A DNA stretch of 64,000 nt, from assembly GCA_008632985.1 (NCBI GenBank), contig QPGO01000162.1, forward strand, positions 1 to 64,000, in the 5' to 3' direction. The notes under the pieces were generated by a model. It searched no databases and had not been told where the DNA came from. It saw only the letters and a program-made list of their open reading frames with translations. Origin of the DNA: Psammoneis japonica. Lineage: Eukaryota. Positions 12,000 through 23,400 of this stretch are shown piece by piece (the stretch's first letter is position 1; each line of letters opens with the position of its first letter). Both the position numbers and the translations under genes were made by a program.

Positions 12000-13280
12000 T
12001 CTGGCTGTTACGAGCACAAGCTGAAATTGCTGGTGTTGCACCGCACAGAACTCATGACAGCGGCAGTCATCATCAATCATCACCACCACCAACACACAAC
12101 ACAAAAACACTGCTGCACTTCTCTGCATGCAACATCATGGCAAAATGGCCAATCATGCCATCAGGGAGATCACCAATGATGCACAGTCACTGCTGAGAAG
12201 CAGCACACATGTTGCACTCACTGTGCCCATGGGTCAACCTCTCAGCCAGCCACAAGGATGTTCCCATCATGACACTTGAACTTGCTCCATTTCATTGGTG
12301 GCAATCATGGAGTGTTGTTGTTGTTTTCTTTGATGGCAGGTTTTGTGTGTCCTCAGTTCAAAGAGGCGTCTGTCAGCAAAAGCATCTTTTTTGTGAACAT
12401 CGTGGTGCAAAAACGGGGGGAGTCAGTGTGGCTGGAGGAGGTCAATGTGGTCAGTTTCCTTGACCCACATGTGACGGGCCTTGCACTGTCAAGATCAAGT
12501 GGCACCCATTCAATTCCATGATCAGCAGCTTCTGGCTTCTTGGTGACAACGTCACGGGCAGTTTGCAGTGCAAGTTCAAACTGTGTGGCAGTGTTCACAG
12601 ATGAGCACAGGTGCACTGTGCTGGTTAGCCTGAATGCCAGCAAATCCCCTGGAGAGGTGCTTTTGTGTGTTTGGACAATGTTTTTGTTTGTGCAAATGCA
12701 ATGGTGGTGGTGCCATTGGTGGTGACACATCCACAGCAAGCCATTGTGTCACCTGCAATGCCAGCCGGCCACAAACCCACCCAAGGTGAGCCCGACTCCT
12801 GCACCCACAGTGCCAGCTGCAAACCCTCCTGATTTGAGTCTGACTTCTGACTCCTGTGCCTAAAATGCCACCTGCAAACCCACTGGTTGCCAAAAGTGCA
12901 GCCAACAGGGGTGCAGCACTGATCACAGTCAAGTGCACAGCATCAATGGTGGCAGGCGTGGCTCTGGCATCATCCTGGAAATGTCATTGGCAGAGTTGAT
13001 GGGAACCTGTGCCCCGCTGGCATTGTAAGAAGCATCGTTTGATTGACATTGATTTGAGCAGAAACTGCTGCCAAGTGCTCACATCTGACAGAAGACTTCA
13101 GATGATGCAAGTTCTTGCAATCAAGCTTGCATGAAATCTGTGTGCCAGCATTGTGTGAACTCTGCATCTGCTCAACACAAAAATGCAATCCACCGCAGAA
13201 AAGTGGTTGCATGACATTTGTGGCCTGGTGGTGAAGAGTTGACTCAATTCTTCAAAACAGCGGGAAAACTGTGGCCTCTC
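12000..13280 (+). pseudogene. Hypermutated duplicate of the 8785-10030 locus (gene 9020-9739 plus flanks)
   Basis: Collinear similarity, e.g. GACACTTGAACTTGCTC, GGCTGGAGGAGGTCAATG, GACCCACATGTGACGG, GTGAGCCCGACTCCTG and TCTGACAGAAGACTTCAGATG. The copy has frameshifts and stops, and its TAG stop reads TGG. Confidence 0.92.
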
Positions 13281-14687
13281 ATTTTTGTGAAGAAGGAGCT
13301 GAGAACCCCCCACTCAATTGATCACAACATCTCCTCTTCTTCATTTTCAATGCAGTGAAAAAACAACAGAGGCACTTGGGCTTGTCCAAAAAGGATGCCA
13401 CAATTGGCATCATTGTCTCAAGTGAGCAAGTTGCTGGAAGATGAGGAGTGAAAGCCTGCCAGCATGAGCAATGGGGGCAGCGCCACCTCCACAGTTGCAA
13501 CCAAAAGTCCCTGCCTGCACTTTGGCTGGGTGCAAGAGAGCAAAGTGGAGAAAGGCCTTTGACACCGTGGCAGAAGGAGAACACAGCAAACATGGTTGGT
13601 GCACACCCTGTCTCTCTTTGGCATCAAAGCCAAGCTGGCCTCAGCCCTGCTGCTTGCCAGGCACAAGCTGAGCCTTGGCACACCTCTCCTGCAAGTGCCT
13701 CCCATGCTGGCTTGACTGCACAGATCATTGTGGCCCTGTTGTTTCTCTCCCATGTCTTGCCTTGCAGATGAGCCTTGTTTTTCGAGAAAGCAAAGTGGGG
13801 CAAGGCCTTTGGGGGGCCCCTTTTGGTGGCAGAGCATGGCAAACTTGATTTGCACAATCTCTGTCTCTTTTTGGCACCAAAGCCACCACGGCATCACAGC
13901 AAGCACCTGCCAAGCTGACCTCAGCCATGCTTCTTTCTTGGTGCGCCTCTCCTGTGAGCACCTGTCATGCTCCTGGCTTGATCACAGAGATCATGCCAAC
14001 TCAACAAGCATGGCTAAACTTCAGCACAAGCTCACCTTTGGTGTGCCACAGCTGGAAACTGTGGAAACCAACTCACCATGACAACTCTGCACAGTCACCA
14101 TTTTCTTAACAGCGCAACCTTCAAGGGCCACAACAGTTGACAGCATGTGGCACCTGCAGTGCATCGCATCTGGCAAACTCATGTGCGGGAGAGTGGAAAT
14201 CATGTGAGAGTGTGATGGGTGTGGCACCTGTTTTCTCTGTGATCAATTGTTTTCAAAGCACAGCAAGGTGCAGACAAGCAATGTTCATTGTGATCCATCC
14301 ACACTTCTCAGAGTCATGGTGAGTTCATTCTTGTCATTGATGGAGCACACTGCACTTGCGGCCACCATTGTCATTGTGTTTTGACAAGCCGTGGAAATTT
14401 TCAAATGTCAAACATTCACAGACAAAATTGCAAAAAAGAGTGCATGTTCTTTGTCATTGAGAGTTTGTTGCACACAGAGCATGTGAGCTTTTCATCAGCC
14501 AAGCTTTGTGGCTGCATCGTGCATTTTTTTTGCTGCTGAGTGCAGCTTCTGTCAGCATCCACACACAAACATTGGGGTTCAAAAAGAGCAACAGGGGTGG
14601 GCTCTTGGCACCAAAGGAAAGAGCCACCTCTGGCCTGTTCCAGCTCCAGGTGATTCGCAGCCACAGGAGGTTCGACTCCCATCATTT

Positions 14688-14857
14688 GCCCATTTTTGCA
14701 TTTGGCCGCGCATTGAACTTTTTCAAAATCCGTTTTTTGCCAAATCGAAGGGCAAATGCACACTTCACATGCATTTTAGGGTGTGCACTTACCTTTCAAT
14801 TTTTGAAATGATCAAAATTGCAGGAGTTTAATGCGCTGAACTGTGCAAAAAATCGGC
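14688..14857. repeat. Imperfect about 170-bp palindrome (fold-back/MITE-like)
   Basis: Left arm GCCCATTTTTGCA..GCGCATTGAACT..AATCGAAGGGCAAATGCACAC. Reverse complement of the right arm GCCGATTTTTTGCA..GCGCATTAAACT..AATTGAAAGGTAAGTGCACAC. Confidence 0.6.
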
Positions 14858-16428
14858 CTTTCGCGTGATGGATTTCTCATCACCTGGGGCTGGAACAGGC
14901 CCTCCTTGGGCAAGCGCACAGCTTGTTGAAAATGTGGCACATGACAGCACCGTGAAAATAAGGCAAGCTGCTTTTTTTGCAGCTGCTGCACTCTTTGGAA
15001 GTGGCAGGGCAAAATGAGGGTTTCAGGTTGAACATCGGGGTGGTGGTGTTTGGAGCTGTCCCGCTGTGACACCCAGCAAAGACGGGGGGCACTTTTGTGG
15101 TGGTCATCACGACATTGAGCAGAGCTGTGTGTGACCTGTTGCAGCTGCATTGATCACCTGGCCATCCACAAATTCCCATGTCCATGCTTGTCCGAGTGGG
15201 GCGCCCTCAGTCGACGTGTTCAAAGGAGGAACCAAGTTCATGATGTGTTGCACGTGGAGAAAGGACAGACACGCAGAGACGTGAAACTCGCGCGCGCGAC
15301 GCTCGATTAGCGACAAGATGTCATGTCGATTCTTACGGAATACTGTCCCTGTGGATTGGACATCTCAATTAACAGGCACGAATCTGCTGATTAAGCAATT
15401 CGTGACACGGGTGTCTGAACAGTTTTTCCGTGTTTGCGCGTTTGCGTGAATGCTCAGTGGATTAAAATGTAGAATGGACAGATTGGAGATTGGTCATTCG
15501 TTAAATGTTCGCATGTTTCTGAGATTTGAGAAATTTGATTCGCTGAAATCTGCCTGTACGGAGACAAAGCTCGAAATCATGAAAAATAGACATTTTTCTA
15601 AATGTCTTCGCAGCTAAAGACCCCTAAGTGATTTTCGACATATATCGACTCCACAGGTGCATGACTGCAGTAAAAGGGACATGTTAATTAAGGCTCTTGG
15701 ACATGCAAATAAGCAAATAGTTGACACGATTTCTGATCAGAAGTTCCGTGATTCGATCGTGGAAACAACACCGAATGCGTTCTTCCTACACTAGGGCTAC
15801 CGCACCGTACTGTGCTTCCCCTCTCTCATAAATCATACAAAGAAGGAAGAAAAACACGACACTTTTTTGAGAACACCATCATGATCATGAAGCGTCTCCT
15901 CTCCGTGGTGGGAGTCATGGCCACCTCCCTGTTGCATCCTGTGGCTGCAAAGTTGGGATCCAATGTGAGTGAAAATGGGCGTGTTGCGACCCATTGTTCT
16001 CATTTCCAGCACAGTCGAGTGACAAACCGTCGTCTCTGCTAGAGAGAGGCGGGTCGCGTGAGAGTTGTGACAAAGAATCGATCGCAACGTCCCTTGTCCC
16101 CACACCTTGTGCAACTTGTGTGGCTCTACCCTGTTTGTCGCGCGGCACTCACCCCAATCCACTGGAGTGTTTGTCGAGGAGTCGCCGCTTGCTCGATCGA
16201 CATGGTGGAAAATACGATTCATCATGATGGTCGGTCGGGTTCGCTGTTGTGATGTTGCTTGGTCTTGTATTCGACTCGTCCGACTCCGTGTACCGGTAGT
16301 GTCACACACGTACACACGGATGGACAAACAAACCGACTCCACAAGCAACAAGCGAGCAACGCAACGCCACAACCCACAACAAACCACCGACAACCGACAA
16401 CAGTATCCAGTATCCAGCATGATACATC

Positions 16429-17808
16429 ATGGCCTACTTGCTTACCGGTACGGCTGATGCTCCTTGTCTCGTATGCCGTTTGCCTCGACATATTTGGAAT
16501 CTCCTCTTCAACCATCGACTTTGTGTTTTGTGTTGTACTTTGTATCTCACTTTTTCTTTTACTCACGACGTGTTGCTCATTTCTTGCCTCTTTTCACTCG
16601 CCCTGCCAATTCACGCCGCTGCGTACACCAAGCTCCACCGTGAGTTGTGCGGCAGTAGTACGTACGATTTGGTTGCTGGCGGTGGAACTGTTGGGTCCTC
16701 CGTCAAGGTTGGCGAGGTCGAAATCAGTGACGAAGGAGACGACCTCGAGGTTTGCTTTTTAATCACCAGTGACTTGACTGCCGAAACTTCCGATGATGGA
16801 TCTCCCACTCAAATCACGCTGGTCCATGTCGAGGCTGGATGCGGAAAAAGCTGTGGAGAACTTAGAGATGAACCCAACGATTTCCATCTCGGCAAGACGG
16901 GGAATCCAAAGACGGGCCATTTCTTCCAAAAGGACTACCACGAGGAGCCGACCATTGACGACTGCGTCACAATCGAAAAGCCCGACTGCGTAGGCGAATA
17001 CGACCAAGTCATGGTTGCCTTTCATGCGGACGTTGTCAAGGAAGGAGGTATGGCCGCTGTGAACTCCTTGTACCCGCGGGAAGAAGTCGAGTTTCGAATG
17101 GTCAGGACTGACGCTGGCAGCGATCCTGATGCTTCCTACTGGGACATCAAAATTGAAAGCATTGCCGGGGATGAAATCCTTAATGGCTATTGCATTGACA
17201 CTGATCGTACCATTGGATCAAACGCTTACTCGGGTACCTTGCACAGCCCTTATGAATGGAATGACATTCCTGCTGGGAATCCTCCCGCCGCCATCGAAAC
17301 TCCTGAGAATCTTCCAGCAATTGCATGGCTCATCAACCACTATGCGCCAGGCCAGCCCTTCAGCGAAGATACCACTGGGCACAATGACATTTTGACCAAC
17401 GTCGCGTGTGCTTCAGATACGAATACTCGACCTCTTTCTTCTGGTGATCTCCAACTCGCCATCTGGACGCTCGCTGGTGACACTCTGACGACAGCCGGAC
17501 TCGGCACACACAGCTTTGCAAGGGGATGTTGGTTGGCCGCTGAGGCCAAGGGCCAAATCGCAGCCAATCCAGACTGGGAACCTGGCTGTGGTGAAGTCTT
17601 CCCCCTTGTCATCATCCCAACTGGGGTTAGTGGCATTTCCAATCAAGTCATCTTTGCACAGGTGACCTTTGCCATTCTTGATGTCCTGTGCTATGGCCGC
17701 GATGAATCGGCCTGGGCCGTAATGGGAGTTGATGGAGACCATTACACTTGCCAGTTCCCTGGTCGTAACTGGGCCACGTACGTTGAGTTCCCCAAGCAGT
17801 GCACTTAA
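16429..17808 (+). CDS. Secreted protein with a putative Cys-Gln thioester domain (TED/TQXA-like) nested in a prokaryote-like beta domain; probable intron 16448-16570
   Basis: GYCID (17185-17199), DLQLAIW (about 17446-17466) and a C-terminal NQVIF (17641-17655). The flanking domain reads LVAGG..VGEVEI..GNPKTGHF..AFHADV and ESAWA..FPGRNWATY. Removing the intron gives the signal peptide MAYLLTVLLISCLFSLALPIHA. Confidence 0.7.
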   Translation: MAYLLTGTADAPCLVCRLPRHIWNLLFNHRLCVLCCTLYLTFSFTHDVLLISCLFSLALPIHAAAYTKLHRELCGSSTYDLVAGGGTVGSSVKVGEVEISDEGDDLEVCFLITSDLTAETSDDGSPTQITLVHVEAGCGKSCGELRDEPNDFHLGKTGNPKTGHFFQKDYHEEPTIDDCVTIEKPDCVGEYDQVMVAFHADVVKEGGMAAVNSLYPREEVEFRMVRTDAGSDPDASYWDIKIESIAGDEILNGYCIDTDRTIGSNAYSGTLHSPYEWNDIPAGNPPAAIETPENLPAIAWLINHYAPGQPFSEDTTGHNDILTNVACASDTNTRPLSSGDLQLAIWTLAGDTLTTAGLGTHSFARGCWLAAEAKGQIAANPDWEPGCGEVFPLVIIPTGVSGISNQVIFAQVTFAILDVLCYGRDESAWAVMGVDGDHYTCQFPGRNWATYVEFPKQCT

Positions 17809-19238
17809 AAGGAACAAGTTGAAAAGGCAAGATTTATGATTTAGCAGAGAAGCAGACTGTTGTTGCATGATTAGGAATGACAAATCGTGGTGAGAGGAAA
17901 AAACTGCTTTGCCTACATAATAGGGATTTGATGCATGTTTTAGTTTGGGCTAACCTGGGGGGCAATGTCCATCGATGTTTTATGTACCGGTAGAAATTCT
18001 GCAAGGTGGAATCAGACTTCAGGCTTTGAAGTATAACGCTGGTTTTAAAAAAGTTTCTCTATAACACAAGTACGCACACGGCGCTTGTTACGGCTGCGAC
18101 GAGGATAAAGGTCCGTGGTGATCCCGGAAGCGATACCTATTGCACTATTGAGGTGACGTAGTGGGATCTACATGGACTACAGAAAAGATGTTTCGCATAG
18201 ATTGAGGCAAAGAAAACGTCGTGGACGATTTATGAAAAATGAGAGTGTATGTTGAGAAAGAGGAGTGGGTATCCTTTTACAATCCAGGTATTCATTGGAA
18301 AGCTCGAAACATGTTTCGTGGCAAACAAGGATACTATATACAACAAGAATGGCAGTAAGGGCTCGCTTTCAGAATCTGACGCTTGCTGCATTTCTACCTT
18401 GATCAGATGAAAAATAGTTTCTGCTTGACTGTATCGGTCAAGATTCTGGAGCAACGTGGGCGGGTAGTCCAAATACCAACAGGAAAGTGGTGCTTGTACT
18501 CTGCTCTCTCTTGTGGGTTGTTTGGGTTCTACGTTGGCGTTTGTTGCGTCCTAAACTTCACGTTACAACAGAACAGCAGCGTTCCAAGTTCCATCTCTAG
18601 ACCTAGCTATGCTGTTGTGACTCCACTTTAGAGAGAACGACCGACTAACTCTAACATCATTGAGAACTGTTTTTGTTAGTCGTAATTACAATATGCATCA
18701 ACTAAACTTAGTTTCGACGAGAGAGAACTTTGTAGAAGCCTGAAATAGATTATGACACAAGTAACCAGCACATGAATCAAACGACACGTCGTAATGAACG
18801 GGAATCGCCTCAAAAAAAAATGTGGCATTCAGAAAATCCATGGGCAACATTGCCGAAAGATTCGCAAAAGTAGAAGTGCTTATGCCACCGGTCACGGCAG
18901 CAAGATACTGTAGTATAGTACGGTAGTTGTATGTGTTTTGGTGGTGGCAAAGATGCCCAAACAACTCCACGTACGTCCTCCTCGTCTTCATAAGACGTAC
19001 GGGAATGTCATGTCGATCACGTATTCCTGCGGCTCTTATATCGCATAGCGACGCGATAGCCGCACTTCTATTTGCCCATTTTTGTTAGACGACTTTGGTC
19101 CCGAGTCGAACCCATGGCTTACAAACGGTTAAAAACAATCGAGAGAGATGCGTTCTGTTGCTTTTGAAGCAATTGCTTCGAAACGTTTTTCAGGGAGTTG
19201 CAGCGTGATGCCGTAATTATCTGTTTCAATCTCACAGC

Positions 19239-20030
19239 TTAATGCATCCCTTTGCTCGCATTGACTGCTCGATGCACCAGGTCCATGATTCGCCAAACTG
19301 GTGGAGTCAATAGAGTTGATCTCAATCGGAAACGAGCCGAAGCATGCTTCAAACAGTCGTGTTCCGGGTACGGAATCCCATCATCAATCCAAACAAAATG
19401 ATGCACGTCCATACTTTGACAGAGTCGTTGATACATGAACACATAATAGTGAATTCCACTGCTCCTGTTCCGCGTCGCATAAACAATGCATTCGTCATGG
19501 CGGCACCATGGGCGGCAACTACAACGTCTTGGCGGTGCAACAAACAACCAATGTCACAAAAACGTGCTGTGTCTTTGTGGTGCACACCTGGAAAACAGAC
19601 AACTGCTGAGAGCGCAACAGTGCCAAAGCAAGTGAAATTGTCAAGAGCTGGTGCATCCAGCCAGCACGATGGTAGCTCTTCTTTAACAGGGGGTGTCATC
19701 AGCACCTTCCTGCACAATGCTGGAAAAGAGCACTGTGGCAACAGAGTTGCAAAGCAAGCAGAAAGCAACAAGGTGTCATTTTGTGCTTCTTCTGTGTCAT
19801 GGGAGTCAAGATGCTGAGCAGGGGCAAGGGTGGAGCACACACTTGGCACTGGCCATGATGAGTTGGCCACTCTCATCTCAGCACTGAGGAAGCAGAGCAT
19901 CACTGCCCAATGTTGTGGCATTGGCATTGCTGCAAACATGACTCGATGGTCAAAAATCAAAACAACATGAGTGCAGGGATTTTCTTGCAACCCCTCTGCC
20001 CCCTGCTGGGAAGAAACCTTTCCATCAGGG
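19239..20030 (-). pseudogene. Glycosyltransferase family 61-like relic
   Basis: DVVVAAHGAAMTNALFMRRGTGAVEF matches the GT61 HGA(G/A)xTNxxF motif. Frameshifted. The 5' part lies in the depleted block and the 3' part (below about 19515) has normal composition. Confidence 0.65.
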
Positions 20031-20231
20031 CATGCATTTGTGCCAGAAAAAGGGTCCAGTGCCCCAACAAAGAAGAAAAGCCCAGAGCTTTGTGGGGGGA
20101 AAGGCAGAGAGCAAGGCACTCCTCTTGCAAAGAGGGTGGTCATGCTGAGTGTTTTGTGGTGGGAGCAGCCAGCAACAGAAGTCCAAGGTGCTGCCACACT
20201 GCTGCTCCAAGCAATGACAACAAACAGCAAC

Positions 20232-20401
20232 AGGAAGAGCACCAACGGGCAAGAGCAACAAGCCAAGGAGCTCCCTGCAAACTGGCAACAGTGGACAACA
20301 CATGCACCAATTTCAGAGAGATTGTTTCGACTGTCCAAAGACATCTGACTGCCACCCACAAACAAACAGTCTGACCATGCACAGTGCAGAGTCAGCTGAC
20401 A
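20232..20401 (-). repeat. 3' LTR of the Copia element
   Basis: Shares GGGCAAGAGCAACAAGCCAAGGAGCTCCCTGCAAACTGG and AAACAGTCTGACCATGCACAGTGCAGA with 27033-27221. On the minus strand it starts TGT, immediately after purine-rich AGGGTGGGA (PPT-like). Confidence 0.85.
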
Positions 20402-23400
20402 TCCCACCCTGATCCAGCATGTCCAACAGAGGAGACAAAGTGGGGTCACAGACAGAACAGAATTGGGAAGTCAACAATCAGCAAAAGTGACACATGGAGA
20501 CTGGATTGCTCTTGAAGAAGTTGGACAGGGTAAAAACAACAAAGGGCAATTCTGCAAATGCCAAAAGACAACAAATCAGGACTCAATGGCGCTGTCCCAT
20601 CATCCGATGGGCATGGCAGGCATGCAGCATTGAGCCAAGAGCTTTGGTGAGGTCACCACTCAGGTTGATGATGCCCGGAATGTGTCAAGTGACAACATGT
20701 CTGTCCTTCTTCCAATCCTGAAGGATGGGCCACTGGGCGTCAATGTGGCCAGATTGTTCAGTCGGAACCCAATTGTTGAGAATCTTGATTGCAGATTCAT
20801 TGTCAACACACAAAAGAGTGGGGCCTTTCTGGACAAAAATCCAAGTTCCCAAAGGACTGACTGAAGGCAGAGAGCAGAGAACCTGTTTGGCGGCAGTGCC
20901 AGCAGCACAAAACTTGGCTTTGGCAGAACTTGCAGCTGTCACCTTTTGCATCAATGCAAAATGGCAGCACCAGCTGGCATGCAAACAACATGCCTGGTCA
21001 TGGAATGATGATTGCAAAGGTCATTGCCACAAACAGCATCCAACAAAGCTTGCAGTTGGGTGAGAGAGTCCAGGGAACCAGGGTGAAAACAGATTCAGCT
21101 CAAGGTGAGCAAAATGATGTGAAGGTGAGGTGGGATCCTTGGTGGGCTTCTTGCATCCCACAACACTTTGCAGGTTGGAGGCACTTTGCAACCCCTTTCA
21201 ATGCATTGCAGTGCATTGGCACCAAACACAAGGCAGACTTCAAGATTGTCATGACAAGAATGCATCCAATGTTGAGGCAGCAAACAATGTGGGCATGCAA
21301 CAATTTGCCAAGAAGGTCATGACACCCAAAACCACAAAGTTCAGCTAACTCCTCATGTTCAGAGGTGCTTTCCATGGGACGAACATCAGAGTGGAATCGG
21401 AGTGGCCTGAAAATCTAAGCCTGCAATTCATCCGCAGCTGAGTGGGGCCATCCATGTGATTTCAAGATGTGGTTGATGCAGCTGTGATGCACGATCGAGG
21501 TGGAGTCATCATGCTGATGGACATCAACACCATTGAACTTGGTGCAAAGACCCAAGTGCTTGAAAGAGTTCACATCCTCACCAGGAACATGGAGTGACTT
21601 GCCAATTGAGTCAAAACTCTTGGTCATGATGGACTCTTTGGGACATGCAATTGCAAAATCATTGACCTGCCAGAGAAGAAGAACATGCTTGCCCTCAAAA
21701 GTGCCAGCACAAATGCACTTGTCATGCACTGTGTTCCAAAACAAAAGTGCAGCATCCACCAAGATGCTGTTGATGTGGTTCTCCCAAAAAATGCCGGACT
21801 CAGGGTGTCCTTGCAAGGCATGCAGGATGGGAAGTGCCTCTGGCCAATCAAGGTCAACACCAAAGCAATCCTTGTGCCAAGAGGCATGTGTGTTGTCAAT
21901 TTGGACATGGAAGGGGGTTGAAGGACAAGGGGAGTGAGCACGCATGCATTGAGCATCACCAGCAAGTGCTTGACAGGCCATGGAAGCCAAGAGAGCAAAA
22001 AACAGCTGTCGGATGGGTTGTTCCACACAGGAGGAGTGGGTGGACTGGAGGCAATGCAAAGCAGGGGCTGCACATGAAGATCCATCACAGCAGCAGTGGG
22101 AGCAGCATGTGCCATCCGTCTTGACGTCATGTTGCCAGTGAGGGTGGAGAATGGCTGCACCTTTGGGGTGCTGGGGAACTGGTTTGCCAAACATGCCCAG
22201 CTCATGGAAGAAGTGGTCCAGTTGCTTGAACTTGCCATCCAGCTCTTGTTCTTCAGGAGTCACTCTTGAGAAAAGAGAGCAAAAATGTTGAAGGCACTGG
22301 CATCCTGGTCAATTGCAGGTGAGAACTCATGGTCCATGCCATCCACAGCAGAGAAATCAATGTCTGGGAAGTGCAGTTCTGCAATGCAGTGTGCACCAGC
22401 CAATGTCAATTCAAGAACATGTTCCTCTTCATCCTCTGCAGGAGGGCAGAAAATGTTGTGCACAACCAAGGTGCACTGGAGGTGTTTGGAATCAAGTTGA
22501 TGCTCTGGAGTGAGCACACAATCTCAAACTCAGGGTTGTCTGCATCATGAAGATGGCAGAGTTCAGCAATGACCTGATCCGCAGTGAAAACATCAACACA
22601 ATCATTGGAAACTGCATGTGCACCCAAAATCATGTTCTTGGCAGCCTTGAGGGAGGAGAAAACACAAGAGGCAGTGCTGTTCCACTTGATGTCTGAGAGA
22701 CAGTTGCAGTTGAATGATGCATCCACAGCAGTGCCTGTGCCAAAGAGTGCATCCAATGGGGAGCATGTGGGATTGCCAGAAAAATGAAACTTCTCCACAG
22801 ATGATTCCATTGATTCAGCAGGGACGGGTCAGGATTTTGTCCTGTGGGAGGCAGTTCATGCCTTCATCACAGCAGAAAAGTGCTTGTCAACCTTGACACG
22901 AGATGTGGCAGGACCATGCTGCATGATGTTCTCAGTGGCATCACGGAGACAGCCAAGGAAGATGCCCTTGACTGAGTTGGAGTGCACCATTGCAGGTTGC
23001 TTCTTGTTCTTGTGGGCCCAAACACGACAACCAAATGTGCACGACACCAAAAAAAATTCCCTCTTTCCTGCAGCAAGAGTGACAGGAGCAACATCATGTC
23101 CTTGGAGGGGCAAGCATTCTTGACACAGAGACAGTGATGGAAAAGCATGGGGCCAGAACTTTGCGGGTGAGTCTGCACCAATGAGCATGGAATGGACAGC
23201 ATTCTGCACCGTCAAGGGACTGCGTTCAATGGGGCCATTCTAATTGGAGGCATCAGCCCCAGACATGCAGATCTTGCAATTGAATTCTTCCTCAAAAAGT
23301 CTGCACAATGCAGGGTCACAGAGTGCAGCTCACCACCTTGATCCACAAATGCACATTTGTCTGGATGTTTTGGTGAGTGCTCATGCAAGAATTAGCAAAT

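Larger units (their letters stand above)
10030..15330. other. Hypermutated block B
   Basis: TA is nearly absent throughout. CG is scarce in the core but kept at both edges (about 10030-10400 and 15050-15330). Confidence 0.85.

Noticed and set aside
18230..18991. Short minus-strand ORFs (also 45590-45992 and 62251-63860)
   Set aside because: No recognisable motifs or convincing splice structure. Left unannotated.
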